A stretch of DNA of 64,000 nucleotides from the IMG/VR virus record IMGVR_UViG_3300037054_000044, positions 1 through 64,000 of that record. The stretch is one strand, 5' to 3'. Every line of letters begins with the position of its first letter. The first letter of the stretch is position 1. The notes under the pieces were generated by a model. It saw only the letters and a list, made by a program, of their open reading frames with translations. It searched no databases and had not been told where the DNA came from. The stretch is from a virus. Below are positions 8,871 through 18,861 of the stretch, piece after piece. The position numbers and the translations under genes were made by a program.

Positions 8871-8878
8871 CCTCGCAA

Positions 8879-9550
8879 GTGCCTGTGTACATCAACAACC
8901 GCGATAGGTTGGCAAGCACCAAAGCGCTAACAGAATGGCTGCTTCAGTCAGGAACTAAGAATGTCACCATTCTGGACAACGCGAGTACCTACGGACCCCT
9001 CCTAGAATGGTACAGCAAGCCCCCAGAGGGCGTAGAAGTTGTAAAGCAGGGTAATCTAGGCCCGTGGGGCTTCTGGGGCTGTAACAGGCAGGAAACGCAA
9101 GGAACACCCTATGTGGTGACGGATTCGGACCTTGTACCGTCCGAGTGCTGCCCTTTGGACCTTGTAAATAGGCTTTTGAGTCTGCTTGCGGAGAACCCCG
9201 GTTGCGGCAAGGTTGGCCCCGGACTGCGGCTCGACAACATACCAGACCTAAGTAGGGACTTCATCACTAACGGAGACGGAAAAGGCTGGGAAGGTGAAGG
9301 TGTATTCTGGAAGCGTAGGCACTCCTCGGGAGCATTCAATGCGCCGTTGGACACAACCTTTGCAATTTACAACGCATACTCCCCGTGGGTAGGCGCTGGA
9401 TGGCAGAACCTTCGTATGGATATGCCGTACGTTGTGGAGCACACTCCATGGTACTTAGAAAAACCTTTTTCAGAAGAGGAACAGTATTACCGCGACCACG
9501 CGGACAGGGTATGGTCCCATGTAACTTGGCCCAGCCCAATCAACAGTTAG
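8879..9550 (+). CDS. GT-A fold glycosyltransferase-like protein (start uncertain)
   Basis: INNRDR...ILDNASTY...VVTDSD...APLDTTFAIY. Confidence 0.7.
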   Translation: MPVYINNRDRLASTKALTEWLLQSGTKNVTILDNASTYGPLLEWYSKPPEGVEVVKQGNLGPWGFWGCNRQETQGTPYVVTDSDLVPSECCPLDLVNRLLSLLAENPGCGKVGPGLRLDNIPDLSRDFITNGDGKGWEGEGVFWKRRHSSGAFNAPLDTTFAIYNAYSPWVGAGWQNLRMDMPYVVEHTPWYLEKPFSEEEQYYRDHADRVWSHVTWPSPINS

Positions 9551-9558
9551 GACTCAGA

Positions 9559-10290
9559 ATGGTTACCGTAAACACATGCGGGGGATTAGGCAATCAACTT
9601 TTCCAGTATGCCTTTGCACGCTCGTTGGTAGGAAGATACCATGTGAACCTTACAGACGCTTGCAATCAGTACGGTTTGCAGATAAACCACTTCAACATTA
9701 CTCTTCCCGTCATTCCACACCCAGGCTGGCGCTGGATTGCAGAGCGATCACTTAGGTTTGATCCAATCCCAGAGATAGAAGAGAACTCAATTCTTGCTGG
9801 GTACTGGCAGTGCGAGAAGTATTTCAACCACATCGCAGATACATTGAAAACAGAGTTGACCCTTAGGGACGCGCCAAGCGCAGCGGCCCAGAAGTTTGCA
9901 GAGCAAATAAGCGCAACTCCGAACAGTGTAATGGTTCACGTACGACGTGGCGATTACCTGACGTGGGCGGCTCAAAGGCATGGCGCTCTGCCTATGGGTT
10001 ACTATGAAAGTGCAGCAGCTAGGTTCAAGGGGCACAACTTTTTCCTGTTCTCAGATGACCCAAGTTGCACACTGCCTGTTCCACATACAAAAGTACAGTG
10101 CACCCCGCACGAAGAAATATGGCTGATGAGCAAATGCAAGGATGCAATCATAGCCAATAGCAGTTTTTCATGGTGGGGCGCGTGGCTAGGGGCCGACAAG
10201 ACAGGGACAGTGATAGCCCCCAAGCAGTGGTTCAGAACAGGAAACGAAGACGCAGCGGATATCGTCCCAGATCGTTGGCTCAGATTATGA
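9559..10290 (+). CDS. GT11 alpha-1,2-fucosyl/colitosyl transferase
   Basis: GGLGNQLFQYA, GYWQ, HVRRGDY, FSDD, IANSSFSWWGAWL. Confidence 0.92.
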   Translation: MVTVNTCGGLGNQLFQYAFARSLVGRYHVNLTDACNQYGLQINHFNITLPVIPHPGWRWIAERSLRFDPIPEIEENSILAGYWQCEKYFNHIADTLKTELTLRDAPSAAAQKFAEQISATPNSVMVHVRRGDYLTWAAQRHGALPMGYYESAAARFKGHNFFLFSDDPSCTLPVPHTKVQCTPHEEIWLMSKCKDAIIANSSFSWWGAWLGADKTGTVIAPKQWFRTGNEDAADIVPDRWLRL

Positions 10291-10448
10291 AGTGGAAGAA
10301 AATGGCATTAGAGTTGTACTTCCATGTGCACGGAAGACGTTGTGTGCTCTGCTCTAAACCTGTAACAACACCAGAGGCACACATAGAGATTAGAGAAAAA
10401 GAATACCACCTCATGCACAAGTCGTGTGCTACTCGGGAGAAGGTATGA
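10287..10448 (+). CDS. Small Zn-finger-like hypothetical protein
   Basis: ATGA overlaps on both sides; CVLC...H..C. Confidence 0.5.
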   Translation: MKWKKMALELYFHVHGRRCVLCSKPVTTPEAHIEIREKEYHLMHKSCATREKV

Positions 10449-11401
10449 AGAAAGCACTTATAACTGGCGTTACGGGCCAAGATGGCTCTTACTTAGCAGA
10501 ACTGCTGCTTAGCAAAGGCTATGAAGTGCACGGCATCGTGCGCCGCTCCTCCTCCCTCAACACGCAGCGTATTGACCACATCTTTGACCAACTGCATCTG
10601 CACTTCGGTGACCTCAGTGATGGCAGTGCACTTGGCTCCCTTCTTTCCAAGGTGAAGCCTGAAGAGGTTTACAACCTTGGTGCGCAGTCGCACGTGCGCG
10701 TGTCATTTGACTGCCCCGAGTATACGGCGGATGTGGACGCCATGGGAACCCTAAGGCTCTTAGAGGCAGTAAAGTCGCATTGCCCAGAGGCGCGGTACTA
10801 CCAAGCCAGTTCTTCGGAACTGTTCGGCAAAGTGTTGGAGACCCCACAGCGAGAGACTACGCCATTCTACCCCAGATCGCCCTATGGAGTAGCTAAGTTA
10901 TTTTCCTACTGGTACACAGTGAACGCTAGGGAGCAGGGCATGTTTGCCTGCAACGGTATCTTGTTCAACCACGAATCCCCACGGCGTGGCGAGACTTTTG
11001 TGACGCATAAAATCACTCTTGCTGCGGCACGTATAAAACTAGGGTTGCAAAATAAGTTGCTTCTTGGTAACCTAGATGCTAGGCGCGATATTGGGTATGC
11101 AGCCGAGTATGTGGAAGGAATGTGGCGCATGCTGCAACAGTCCAAGCCTGACGATTACGTTTTAGCGACCGGAGAGACTCACTCTATAAAAGACATGCTT
11201 GGAGTGGCATTTAATCACGTAGGTTTGGACTGGTCGAAGTACGTAGGTATAGATGAGCGTTACTTTAGACCTACTGAAGTTGATATACTTCAGGGAGATG
11301 CTTCAAAAGCTAAGAGAGAACTTGGGTGGGAACCTAAAGTGAAATGGGATGAGTTGTTAACCATGATGGTCGAAGCCGATTTAAAGGAACTCAGAAAATG
11401 A
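10445..11401 (+). CDS. gmd: GDP-mannose 4,6-dehydratase
   Basis: [48 protein letters not shown]. Confidence 0.97.
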   Translation: MKKALITGVTGQDGSYLAELLLSKGYEVHGIVRRSSSLNTQRIDHIFDQLHLHFGDLSDGSALGSLLSKVKPEEVYNLGAQSHVRVSFDCPEYTADVDAMGTLRLLEAVKSHCPEARYYQASSSELFGKVLETPQRETTPFYPRSPYGVAKLFSYWYTVNAREQGMFACNGILFNHESPRRGETFVTHKITLAAARIKLGLQNKLLLGNLDARRDIGYAAEYVEGMWRMLQQSKPDDYVLATGETHSIKDMLGVAFNHVGLDWSKYVGIDERYFRPTEVDILQGDASKAKRELGWEPKVKWDELLTMMVEADLKELRK

Positions 11402-11934
11402 ATAAATTTTACACATATATGTGGTTACGGGAAGACGGAACACCATATTATGTAGGAAAAGGTCACGGCAATCGTAGCCATTGGAGAGGTATTAAGTCAA
11501 AATTAAAACCTCCTACTGAAGATAGAATAATAGTGCAAGAATTCGATTCAGAGGAAGATGCGTTTTTTGCAGAACGATTCTTAATTTCTTACTACGGAAG
11601 AAAAGACACAAAACAAGGAATACTAGTAAACCACACGGACGGCGGTGATGGAGTAACAGGCTTACGACACACAGAAGATTCCAAAAAAAGAATAGCAGAA
11701 GGTCTAAAAGGTAGGCACTATGGTATAGGAAGAGTGCCTTGGAACAAAGGGTTAAAGGTATCAAAAACCCTACGTAAACCACTGTCTGAAGAGCACAAGG
11801 AAAGAATAAGGCAAACTTTAAGATCAAAAAATATAAAACCACCAAATCAGACAGGCTACAGACACAGTGAAAGTGCTAAAGTAAAAATAGGAATAGCCGC
11901 TAAGGAAATGTGGAAGAAGGCTGCACATGCTTGA
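11398..11934 (+). CDS. GIY-YIG-like/NUMOD3 putative homing endonuclease
   Basis: [19 protein letters not shown]...[17 protein letters not shown] repeats. Confidence 0.85.
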   Translation: MNKFYTYMWLREDGTPYYVGKGHGNRSHWRGIKSKLKPPTEDRIIVQEFDSEEDAFFAERFLISYYGRKDTKQGILVNHTDGGDGVTGLRHTEDSKKRIAEGLKGRHYGIGRVPWNKGLKVSKTLRKPLSEEHKERIRQTLRSKNIKPPNQTGYRHSESAKVKIGIAAKEMWKKAAHA

Positions 11935-12856
11935 TCTTTCAAATAAACGTGTACTGGTTACTGGTGGGTACGGTTTTTTAGGGTCTTATGTAGTTGATAA
12001 GCTGTGCGAGCGTGAAGCAGAGGTAGTTTCTGTAAGACACTCCCTGTTTGACCTACGCAGACGAGAAGAAGTCTGCGAGATGTACCGAGCGTATCGCCCA
12101 GATGTTGTGATACACGCAGCCGCTATGTGCGGTGGCATACAAGCGTGCTCTGCAAACCCAGCGCGATTCTTGTATGACAATCTAACAATGGGATTGGAAT
12201 TGCTCGAAGGGGCCAGAGAGTATGGCGTGGAAAAGTTCGTGGCGATTAGCAGCGTTTGTGCATACCCACTTAACGTGGCCTTACCAGCAAAAGAAGAAGA
12301 CATTTGGAATGGCTATCCAGAGAGTACCAACGCTCCCTACGGGATTGCTAAGCGTGTCCTTCTGGAACAGTGCAAAGCGTACCGCAAGCAATATGGCATG
12401 AACGCCATAGGTTTGATCCCAGTGAACATGTATGGACCACGAGACAGTTTTGACCCAGAGCGCTCGCACGTCATCCCTTCCCTCATAAGAAAGTGCCTAA
12501 ACGCCAAAGCAAACGAACGCACCCTGGCAGTGTGGGGAACAGGCAGCGCTACTAGGGAGTTCTTGTATGTAGAGGACTGCGCCGAAGCCATTGTTCTGGC
12601 GACCGAGAAGTACGACGGTGAAGAACCCGTCAACATAGCCACGGGGATAGAGACTACTATTAAGTACCTCGTGTACACCATAGCCGACGCAACTGACTTT
12701 CGTGGTGGAATCGTTTGGGATACAACCAGACCAGAGGGGCAGCCACGCAGACTGTTCGACACACGCCGCGCAGAGCAGTTTGGGTTCAAGGCTACAACGT
12801 TCTTACAAGAAGGACTCAGGAAAACAGTGGAGTGGTACAAAAATGTTCAAAGTTAA
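11927..12856 (+). CDS. fcl: GDP-L-fucose synthase / ColC-like epimerase-reductase
   Basis: VTGGYGFLG, AAMCGGI, SSVCAYP, YGIAK, PVNMYGP, WGTGSATREFLYV. Confidence 0.92.
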   Translation: MLDLSNKRVLVTGGYGFLGSYVVDKLCEREAEVVSVRHSLFDLRRREEVCEMYRAYRPDVVIHAAAMCGGIQACSANPARFLYDNLTMGLELLEGAREYGVEKFVAISSVCAYPLNVALPAKEEDIWNGYPESTNAPYGIAKRVLLEQCKAYRKQYGMNAIGLIPVNMYGPRDSFDPERSHVIPSLIRKCLNAKANERTLAVWGTGSATREFLYVEDCAEAIVLATEKYDGEEPVNIATGIETTIKYLVYTIADATDFRGGIVWDTTRPEGQPRRLFDTRRAEQFGFKATTFLQEGLRKTVEWYKNVQS

Positions 12857-13616
12857 AACCGTAGGCGGAACTCTGCACAACCACTTTGCGGATCAAGTTA
12901 GACCCGTGTCCATAGCCACAGATACTTTCGACTTTTCAGACACCACAGAGTACAAGGTGTTCTTTCAACTGGAGCCACCTGACATCGTGCCTACAGAGCA
13001 GCCGTTACTCGATGGGCATACGTTCTACGACCTAATCTTGGCGTGGAATGAAAGAACCTTAGTAGGGTGCCCAAACAACGCGCATAAGTTCATCTTCGGA
13101 ACGTGCCGATGGGCGGAAGACCCAGCCGATGACTGCGATGTGTCTAAGAAGCAGTTTGCCGCGTCTTACCTGACCAGTTCCAAGACGATGTGCAAGGGAC
13201 ATTACTTTAGGCATGACATCTTCAATGTCCTCTCAGCGCAGGTGGGGCAAGTCCCCATAACAAAGCACATGTCTCCTCCATATGTAGAAGACAAGAAGGA
13301 ATTTCTGTACCCTTTCCAGTACGCAATCGTTATGGAGAACGGAAGGCGCACTAACTGGATTACAGAGAAGTTGATAGATTGTTTGGTGTCACGTACGGTA
13401 CCGATATACTGGGGCTGTCCGAACGTTGGAGAATACTTCAACACCGACAGTATCCTGTCATTCGAAACGCAAGACGAACTCATGGCAATCCTAGGGAGCC
13501 TCTCGTCAAGTTTTTATGCAACAAAACTTGATGCTATTGACGAGAACCTGCACGAAGCCATGAAGTACACCAACCTTCATAAGAGGATTGACGAGGAAAT
13601 AAGAAAACGCCTTTAG
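12843..13616 (+). CDS. GT10-like alpha-1,3/4-fucosyltransferase
   Basis: FQYAIVMEN...WITEKLIDC...VPIYWG. Confidence 0.8.
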   Translation: MFKVKTVGGTLHNHFADQVRPVSIATDTFDFSDTTEYKVFFQLEPPDIVPTEQPLLDGHTFYDLILAWNERTLVGCPNNAHKFIFGTCRWAEDPADDCDVSKKQFAASYLTSSKTMCKGHYFRHDIFNVLSAQVGQVPITKHMSPPYVEDKKEFLYPFQYAIVMENGRRTNWITEKLIDCLVSRTVPIYWGCPNVGEYFNTDSILSFETQDELMAILGSLSSSFYATKLDAIDENLHEAMKYTNLHKRIDEEIRKRL

Positions 13617-13630
13617 TAGGAGACGACTCA

Positions 13631-14806
13631 GTGATAACTTTAGGGCAACTCAATATAAGCGAGCAAGGAAAGAAGTACGTCAACGACTGCCTAGACTCAA
13701 ACAGGCTGTCTAAGGGAAAGTACACGGCAAAGTTTGAGCAGGACTTTGCAAAGTTGCATGGCTGTAGCCACGGAGTGTTCTGCAACAGCGGAACATCCGC
13801 CCTGCAAATCGCGTTGGCAGCACTCAAGGAACGCCACAGGTTTGACTACGAAGACGGGGACGAAGTGTTGGTCCCAGCCATTACGTTCATCGCCACATCG
13901 AATGTGGTGTTGCAGAATAACCTGAAGCCCGTGTTCGTGGATGTTGATCCAGTAACGTTCAACATGGACCCAAACAAGATTGCAGAGAAGATTACCCCTA
14001 GGACCAGAGCCATTATTCCTGTTCATCTCTTCGGCCTTCCAGCCGACATGCCGAGGATTATGAGCATCGCCCATCACTACGGACTGGACGTAATAGAAGA
14101 CTCATGTGAAACAATGTTTGCTGGCATTGACGGCAGATCAGTAGGAACGTTTGGAGACATGGCGTGCTTCAGCACCTACGTGGCGCATCTCATTGTAGGT
14201 GGCGTGGGCGGCTTGGTAACAACCAATAACCCAGCGTACGACGAACTGTGCCGCAGCCTCATGGCGCACGGTCGGGACAGCATCTATACCAGCATTGACG
14301 ATGACGACGACATAACCAAGAACATGATAGAGCGTCGTTACAAATTTGACCGCGTAGGGTATTCGTACCGCTGCACAGAGATAGAGGCGGCAATCGCCCT
14401 GTCTGAACTGGAGCGGTGGGCGTTTAGCATCAACCGCAGACGCTGTAATGCTACTCTTCTAACCGTTCTGCTAAAACCATACGAAGATAAACTGCAGCTA
14501 TCAACCATACCTGAAGGGTATGAGCATTCGTATATGATGTTTCCATTTGTCTGCAAGGCAGGGGTGAATCGAGACGCCTTGCTGCTACACATGGAGCAGA
14601 AGGGAATTGAAACCCGCTTTATGTTCCCGTTGTTGAGCCAGCCCATATACAGGAAGTTGTTCCCAGGGCTTGCTGAGCGGTACCCTGTGGCAAGTCGTCT
14701 GGAGAAGCAAGGGTTCTTTATTGGGATGCACCAAGGTCTAACCCCAGCGGATATGCACTTCGTTGCTCAGACAATTGCGGAGGGACTATGCGCCCAGCGA
14801 CAATAG
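13631..14806 (+). CDS. PLP-dependent DegT-family enzyme with His at the Schiff-base Lys position (ColD-like 3-dehydratase)
   Basis: NSGTSAL, PVHLFG, IEDSCE, FSTYVAHLIVGGVGG; lacks the Cys cluster after HGRD. Confidence 0.8.
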   Translation: MITLGQLNISEQGKKYVNDCLDSNRLSKGKYTAKFEQDFAKLHGCSHGVFCNSGTSALQIALAALKERHRFDYEDGDEVLVPAITFIATSNVVLQNNLKPVFVDVDPVTFNMDPNKIAEKITPRTRAIIPVHLFGLPADMPRIMSIAHHYGLDVIEDSCETMFAGIDGRSVGTFGDMACFSTYVAHLIVGGVGGLVTTNNPAYDELCRSLMAHGRDSIYTSIDDDDDITKNMIERRYKFDRVGYSYRCTEIEAAIALSELERWAFSINRRRCNATLLTVLLKPYEDKLQLSTIPEGYEHSYMMFPFVCKAGVNRDALLLHMEQKGIETRFMFPLLSQPIYRKLFPGLAERYPVASRLEKQGFFIGMHQGLTPADMHFVAQTIAEGLCAQRQ

Positions 14807-15234
14807 AAGAGAAGATGGCCTCATGCCATCCCGATAGAGAGTACCATTCAAAAGGGCTGTGTGCTCCTTGTTACCTGCATAAATATAATGCAGAGCACAA
14901 AGATAAGAACAATGTGCGTTGTAGGCAACATAGGGAAGAAAACCAAAGAAACCTTATAACTTACTTTGAAAACCACCCATGTGTAGACTGTGGAGAAACT
15001 GATCCAATAGTTCTAGAGTTTGACCACATTGTACCTAGAAGCGAGAGCAACGCTCCTAAGATTTCTACTGTAATTGCAGGGCACACTTGGGAAAACGTAC
15101 TTAAAGAAATAAGTAAGTGTGAAGTACGATGCGCTAATTGCCACACTAGAAAAACATCTGTTCAGTTTGGTTACTTGAGAGTTAGTGTGGTAAATCAAGG
15201 CTCATTCATGCAATACGTAGGGTCGGGGTGCTAA
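14788..15234 (+). CDS. HNH endonuclease
   Basis: CVDCG...LEFDH...KCEVRCANCH. Confidence 0.85.
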   Translation: MRPATIEEKMASCHPDREYHSKGLCAPCYLHKYNAEHKDKNNVRCRQHREENQRNLITYFENHPCVDCGETDPIVLEFDHIVPRSESNAPKISTVIAGHTWENVLKEISKCEVRCANCHTRKTSVQFGYLRVSVVNQGSFMQYVGSGC

Positions 15235-15235
15235 A

Positions 15236-16015
15236 TTGAAACCAGTGACTATAGCAGTTCTAGGGCGGTTTCCTGATATTTTCGACAGGTTCGTAGAGAG
15301 TGCAAACCAGTACCTTCCTACTATTCCCAAGGTGTTTGTACGGGACGGTGACCTAATCACAATGCCCACTGGTGTAATGTGGACAAGCATACAAGGTGAA
15401 GGTCCATTTTCTAACCCAGCTTTTGCAAACATTGCGTGGCAAGCCGCCGCGCCTGATAGCGACATTCTGTACTGTGGAGACGATGTGCGCTTCCTTCAGC
15501 CCAACACGTGGGAACTGCTGCAGGAGATTGCGTACTCAGACCCAAGCATAGGCGTACTTTCCCCGCGCATCATAGGGGCGGCAGGCAACAACTTGCAACT
15601 ATATCCAATGGCAGAGGGCATCACCTACTCACATCAGCGTCTGGCTTACATCTGTGTGTACATCAAACGAGAAGTCATAGAAAAAGCTGGTTACATGGAT
15701 GAGGAGTTTGGTGGTTCTTACGGATATGATGATGACTCGCACTGTTGGAAAGTACAGCAGTCAGGGTACCAGTTGGCAGTGACCTCAAAAGTGTCCGTAG
15801 AACATAAGAATGCTGGCAGCACCTTTGCTCGCACAGGACCGGGCACAGATTGCCGAACAGGAGCAGAGAAGTTCCAAAATAAATGGGGAATAAAGGCTGT
15901 GTCGCAGATAGCCGCAGACGTGGCTAAGGACATGGTTGTGGTTCGACAAACACTTCCTCCTTTGCAGCCTATCGCAAGGACGGGAAGGTCACCGCAAAGA
16001 CTCAGGAGAGGGTAA
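15236..16015 (+). CDS. GT2-family glycosyltransferase
   Basis: YCGDD, GYMDEEF..YGYDDD...VEH. Confidence 0.8.
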   Translation: MKPVTIAVLGRFPDIFDRFVESANQYLPTIPKVFVRDGDLITMPTGVMWTSIQGEGPFSNPAFANIAWQAAAPDSDILYCGDDVRFLQPNTWELLQEIAYSDPSIGVLSPRIIGAAGNNLQLYPMAEGITYSHQRLAYICVYIKREVIEKAGYMDEEFGGSYGYDDDSHCWKVQQSGYQLAVTSKVSVEHKNAGSTFARTGPGTDCRTGAEKFQNKWGIKAVSQIAADVAKDMVVVRQTLPPLQPIARTGRSPQRLRRG

Positions 16016-16704
16016 TGAAGGTTTTGTTGGCTGTCGTGAATTGCCACACACGCTTGGCGTATCAGCAATGCATACGCGATACGTGGTTGCCACTTGTCAA
16101 CGGAGCGGATGTACGGTTTTTCCTTGGCCCATCCACGCGAGAGCCCCAAGCGGATGAAGTATTTCTAGACTGCGACGATTCCTATCAGGGATTGCCAAGC
16201 AAAGTGAGAGCCATTGTACGATGGGCTCTGGCGCAAGGTTATGATTACGTCCTAAAAATTGACGATGACGTTGTAGTGGTGCCACACAAGTTGCTGGCGT
16301 CAAACTTTCAAAGTTACGACTTTGTGGGCCACAGGAATGACATCAGACCGTACCCTGTACCGTACGGGTTCTGCTACTGGATGTCTAAACGGTCGCTGGC
16401 GCTTGTAGCATCTGCGGAATTGCCCAGAGACAACAATGATGAAGTGTGGGTCACCAGTACGCTGTCCAAAGACGGCATAACACTGCACCATGACAATCGC
16501 TACGTAATCCACACTGGCAGACAAGAAGACTTTGCACCTAAGGTCAGAGGGCTGCGAGCACCTAAGCGTGACAAGGCTTGGGTGGACCCAGTGGATGGTC
16601 CCTTTGCGTGGGTAATGTACATTCCTTGGGTTAACAGCTACGGCAGTCTGCCGCACGACCAAAACATTGCAGAGATGAAGAGGGTATTCAATGTCAATCG
16701 CTGA
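16015..16704 (+). CDS. GT31/galactosyltransferase-like protein, paralog of the 7479 N-domain
   Basis: IRDTW...DDSYQGLPSK...YVLKIDDD. Confidence 0.8.
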   Translation: MKVLLAVVNCHTRLAYQQCIRDTWLPLVNGADVRFFLGPSTREPQADEVFLDCDDSYQGLPSKVRAIVRWALAQGYDYVLKIDDDVVVVPHKLLASNFQSYDFVGHRNDIRPYPVPYGFCYWMSKRSLALVASAELPRDNNDEVWVTSTLSKDGITLHHDNRYVIHTGRQEDFAPKVRGLRAPKRDKAWVDPVDGPFAWVMYIPWVNSYGSLPHDQNIAEMKRVFNVNR

Positions 16705-16921
16705 AGACCAGATGCGTGCGGAAAACGCTGCGCGTAGAGAAGACAACCGCATGGCGGAAATGGACCATCGCATAGAAATGGCTAAGGTTATGCTGACACA
16801 AAACATGCCCAAAGACCCACGTGTGGAAGAGTTCAAAGCAAGACGAGTGTGGAACACTATGCAGGTTCGCAAGTGGATTCCATGCCCACAAGTTTTGTCG
16901 CTGAAGAAGCGGCAATTTTAA
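16691..16921 (+). CDS. Hypothetical protein
   Basis: ORF overlapping the upstream gene. Confidence 0.5.
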   Translation: MSIAEDQMRAENAARREDNRMAEMDHRIEMAKVMLTQNMPKDPRVEEFKARRVWNTMQVRKWIPCPQVLSLKKRQF

Positions 16922-16960
16922 CGACGACGTATCCGCCTTAGCGCGGGGAAAGAAAATCAA

Positions 16961-17338
16961 ATGTCTAGCGTAGTTTCAGTAATCACACTCTCGGAAATTT
17001 GCTTCCCAGATATCACAGGAAAAACTTTGCAGGCGTGGGGCCAAGTAATCTTCTCGGCAGGCACCTATGTTGCTGGGGGACTCGTTATGGGTCTTCTGCA
17101 GTATGCCGACACGTGCACCGTTGACTTCAACGGGTTCCTTCGTTGCACCGCATGGGGTGAGGATGTAATCACTGCCACGGTTGGCGGCTATGAATATCAC
17201 TATAGCCCAGTTGGTGACGTTCTTCAGATCACCCTCAATGGGGTTGAGCTAGTAGCTGGCACACCACTCCCAGCGGCAGTCCTCAATGACACTGTGCTGT
17301 TCTTGGCAGTGTGGAACAGAACCACGGTTCTGGGATAA
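16961..17338 (+). CDS. Putative virion decoration protein
   Basis: Clearly paralogous to the C-domain of the next gene (TLSE.CFPDITGK...AWG...TVD.N.FL.C...YHYSP..D.LQI). Confidence 0.6.
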   Translation: MSSVVSVITLSEICFPDITGKTLQAWGQVIFSAGTYVAGGLVMGLLQYADTCTVDFNGFLRCTAWGEDVITATVGGYEYHYSPVGDVLQITLNGVELVAGTPLPAAVLNDTVLFLAVWNRTTVLG

Positions 17339-17347
17339 GGAGCACAC

Positions 17348-18382
17348 ATGCCTTTAACAATTGATCAACAACTGGCATCGGCAGATGCGTTTGCGATCCT
17401 TGGAGCGTCCACGGTTACCAACTCAGGTGCCACCGTTATCACAGGTGGGAACCTTGGGTTGTCCCCTGGAACTTCGGTGACTGGGTTTCCACCCGGCATC
17501 GTTGTTGCCCCATCGGTACAACACATCACCGACGCAATTGCACTACAAGCACAGACTGATGCTCTGGCAGCTTGGAACGTCTATAAGAACTTGGCTCCAG
17601 GCACGATACTTACTCAACTTGCTGGACAAGTTCTTACCGCTGGAACTTACACAGCGTCTAGCACGTTGGACCTGTCCGTGGGTGGAACCTTAACCCTAAG
17701 TGGACCTGGAAACTTCATTTTCCAAGTAGGATCAGCACTAACCATCAACGTAGGAGCAACGGTGCTTCTGACGAACGGCGCACTCGCCAAGAACGTCTTT
17801 TGGCAAGTAGGCAGTTCGGCCACCATCGGAACATCAGCCGTGATGGTTGGAGATGTCGTTGCACTAGCGTCCGTGTCGTTAGGCACAGGCGCATCCTTGG
17901 CTGGCAGAGCCATCGGATTGACCGGAGCAGTTACATTGCTCGGCAATGCGGTCACTATAGCCGCAGGCGGTGTCATCCCTGTTCCTCCATTCCCAGTAAC
18001 AACTTCCTCAGTAGCGGCTACGGTCTCTACTTTGTCAGAACTTTGCTTTCCTGACATAACGGGAAAAGTTATTAGGGCTTGGGGACTAGTGACACTTACC
18101 CCAGGTGGGTACACTGTAGGCGGCATTCCGTTCGGGTTGTTTCCGTTCTTGGATGTGCGCACTGTGGATGTCAACGCATTCCTGAAGTGCGACGTGTACG
18201 GCGAAGAGCCGCTGACGAGCACCACTGCTGGAATCAAGTACCACTACAGCCCTACGACTGATGCACTCCAGATTCTTTACCTTGGAGTTGAACTTTCAGC
18301 CAGTCAAACACTTCCCGCTGGAGTTTTGGCTGATGTGCTTCTGTTCGAAGCATGGGTTGACCGCACGTCGGTGAGAGGATAA
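17348..18382 (+). CDS. DUF3494 ice-binding-like domain fused to a decoration-like domain
   Basis: FAILGASTVTNSG.T.I.G.LGLSPGTSVTGFPPG, FIFQVGSALT, NGALAKNVFWQVGSSATIG, GR...TGAVTL..N. Confidence 0.9.
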   Translation: MPLTIDQQLASADAFAILGASTVTNSGATVITGGNLGLSPGTSVTGFPPGIVVAPSVQHITDAIALQAQTDALAAWNVYKNLAPGTILTQLAGQVLTAGTYTASSTLDLSVGGTLTLSGPGNFIFQVGSALTINVGATVLLTNGALAKNVFWQVGSSATIGTSAVMVGDVVALASVSLGTGASLAGRAIGLTGAVTLLGNAVTIAAGGVIPVPPFPVTTSSVAATVSTLSELCFPDITGKVIRAWGLVTLTPGGYTVGGIPFGLFPFLDVRTVDVNAFLKCDVYGEEPLTSTTAGIKYHYSPTTDALQILYLGVELSASQTLPAGVLADVLLFEAWVDRTSVRG

Positions 18383-18386
18383 TAAT

Positions 18387-18638
18387 ATGGCTTTAACTGA
18401 ACGAGACATCAACGGGAGTCCCTTCTCCGTTGGTGATGAAGTACAAGTACGTGGCAGAGTTACCTCCATCACGGGGGCTTCTGGTGCCACAGATGGCGTT
18501 GGAGGCGCGGCAGACAGTGTGCTAGTCACAGTGGACATGCCAGGAAACATCGGAGACAAAGTAGCTACCGTAACTGTGAGCCCTGTGCAGTGCCGCAGAG
18601 CCGCAGCCAAGGCAGCTACAGGGGTCAACCCTAGTTAA
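18387..18638 (+). CDS. Small beta-rich protein, related to 46162-46548
   Basis: DING...VGD.V.V.G.V..I.G pattern shared. Confidence 0.55.
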   Translation: MALTERDINGSPFSVGDEVQVRGRVTSITGASGATDGVGGAADSVLVTVDMPGNIGDKVATVTVSPVQCRRAAAKAATGVNPS

Positions 18639-18861
18639 CTTGTAGAAGGACTCGACACCAATCGAGCAGGGCGTGAGATACGCCCAAACGTACACAACTA
18701 AAATCTAAAGCAAGCACCCGTGAGAGTCGGGGGACGACGACGAGATCGCTCGTAGAAAACACTTCGCAAGGTCACCGCTCGGATGCGACCTTGTTCTGCT
18801 GTTGTTTTAAGTTCGCGGCCAGCAGCGCGTACGGCGGGGCACTACCGCTATTGGAGCATAC

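Noticed and set aside
8860-8881. Programmed frameshift fusing the two adjacent glycosyltransferases
   Set aside because: No slippery heptamer; a GTG (or ATA) start explains the second ORF.
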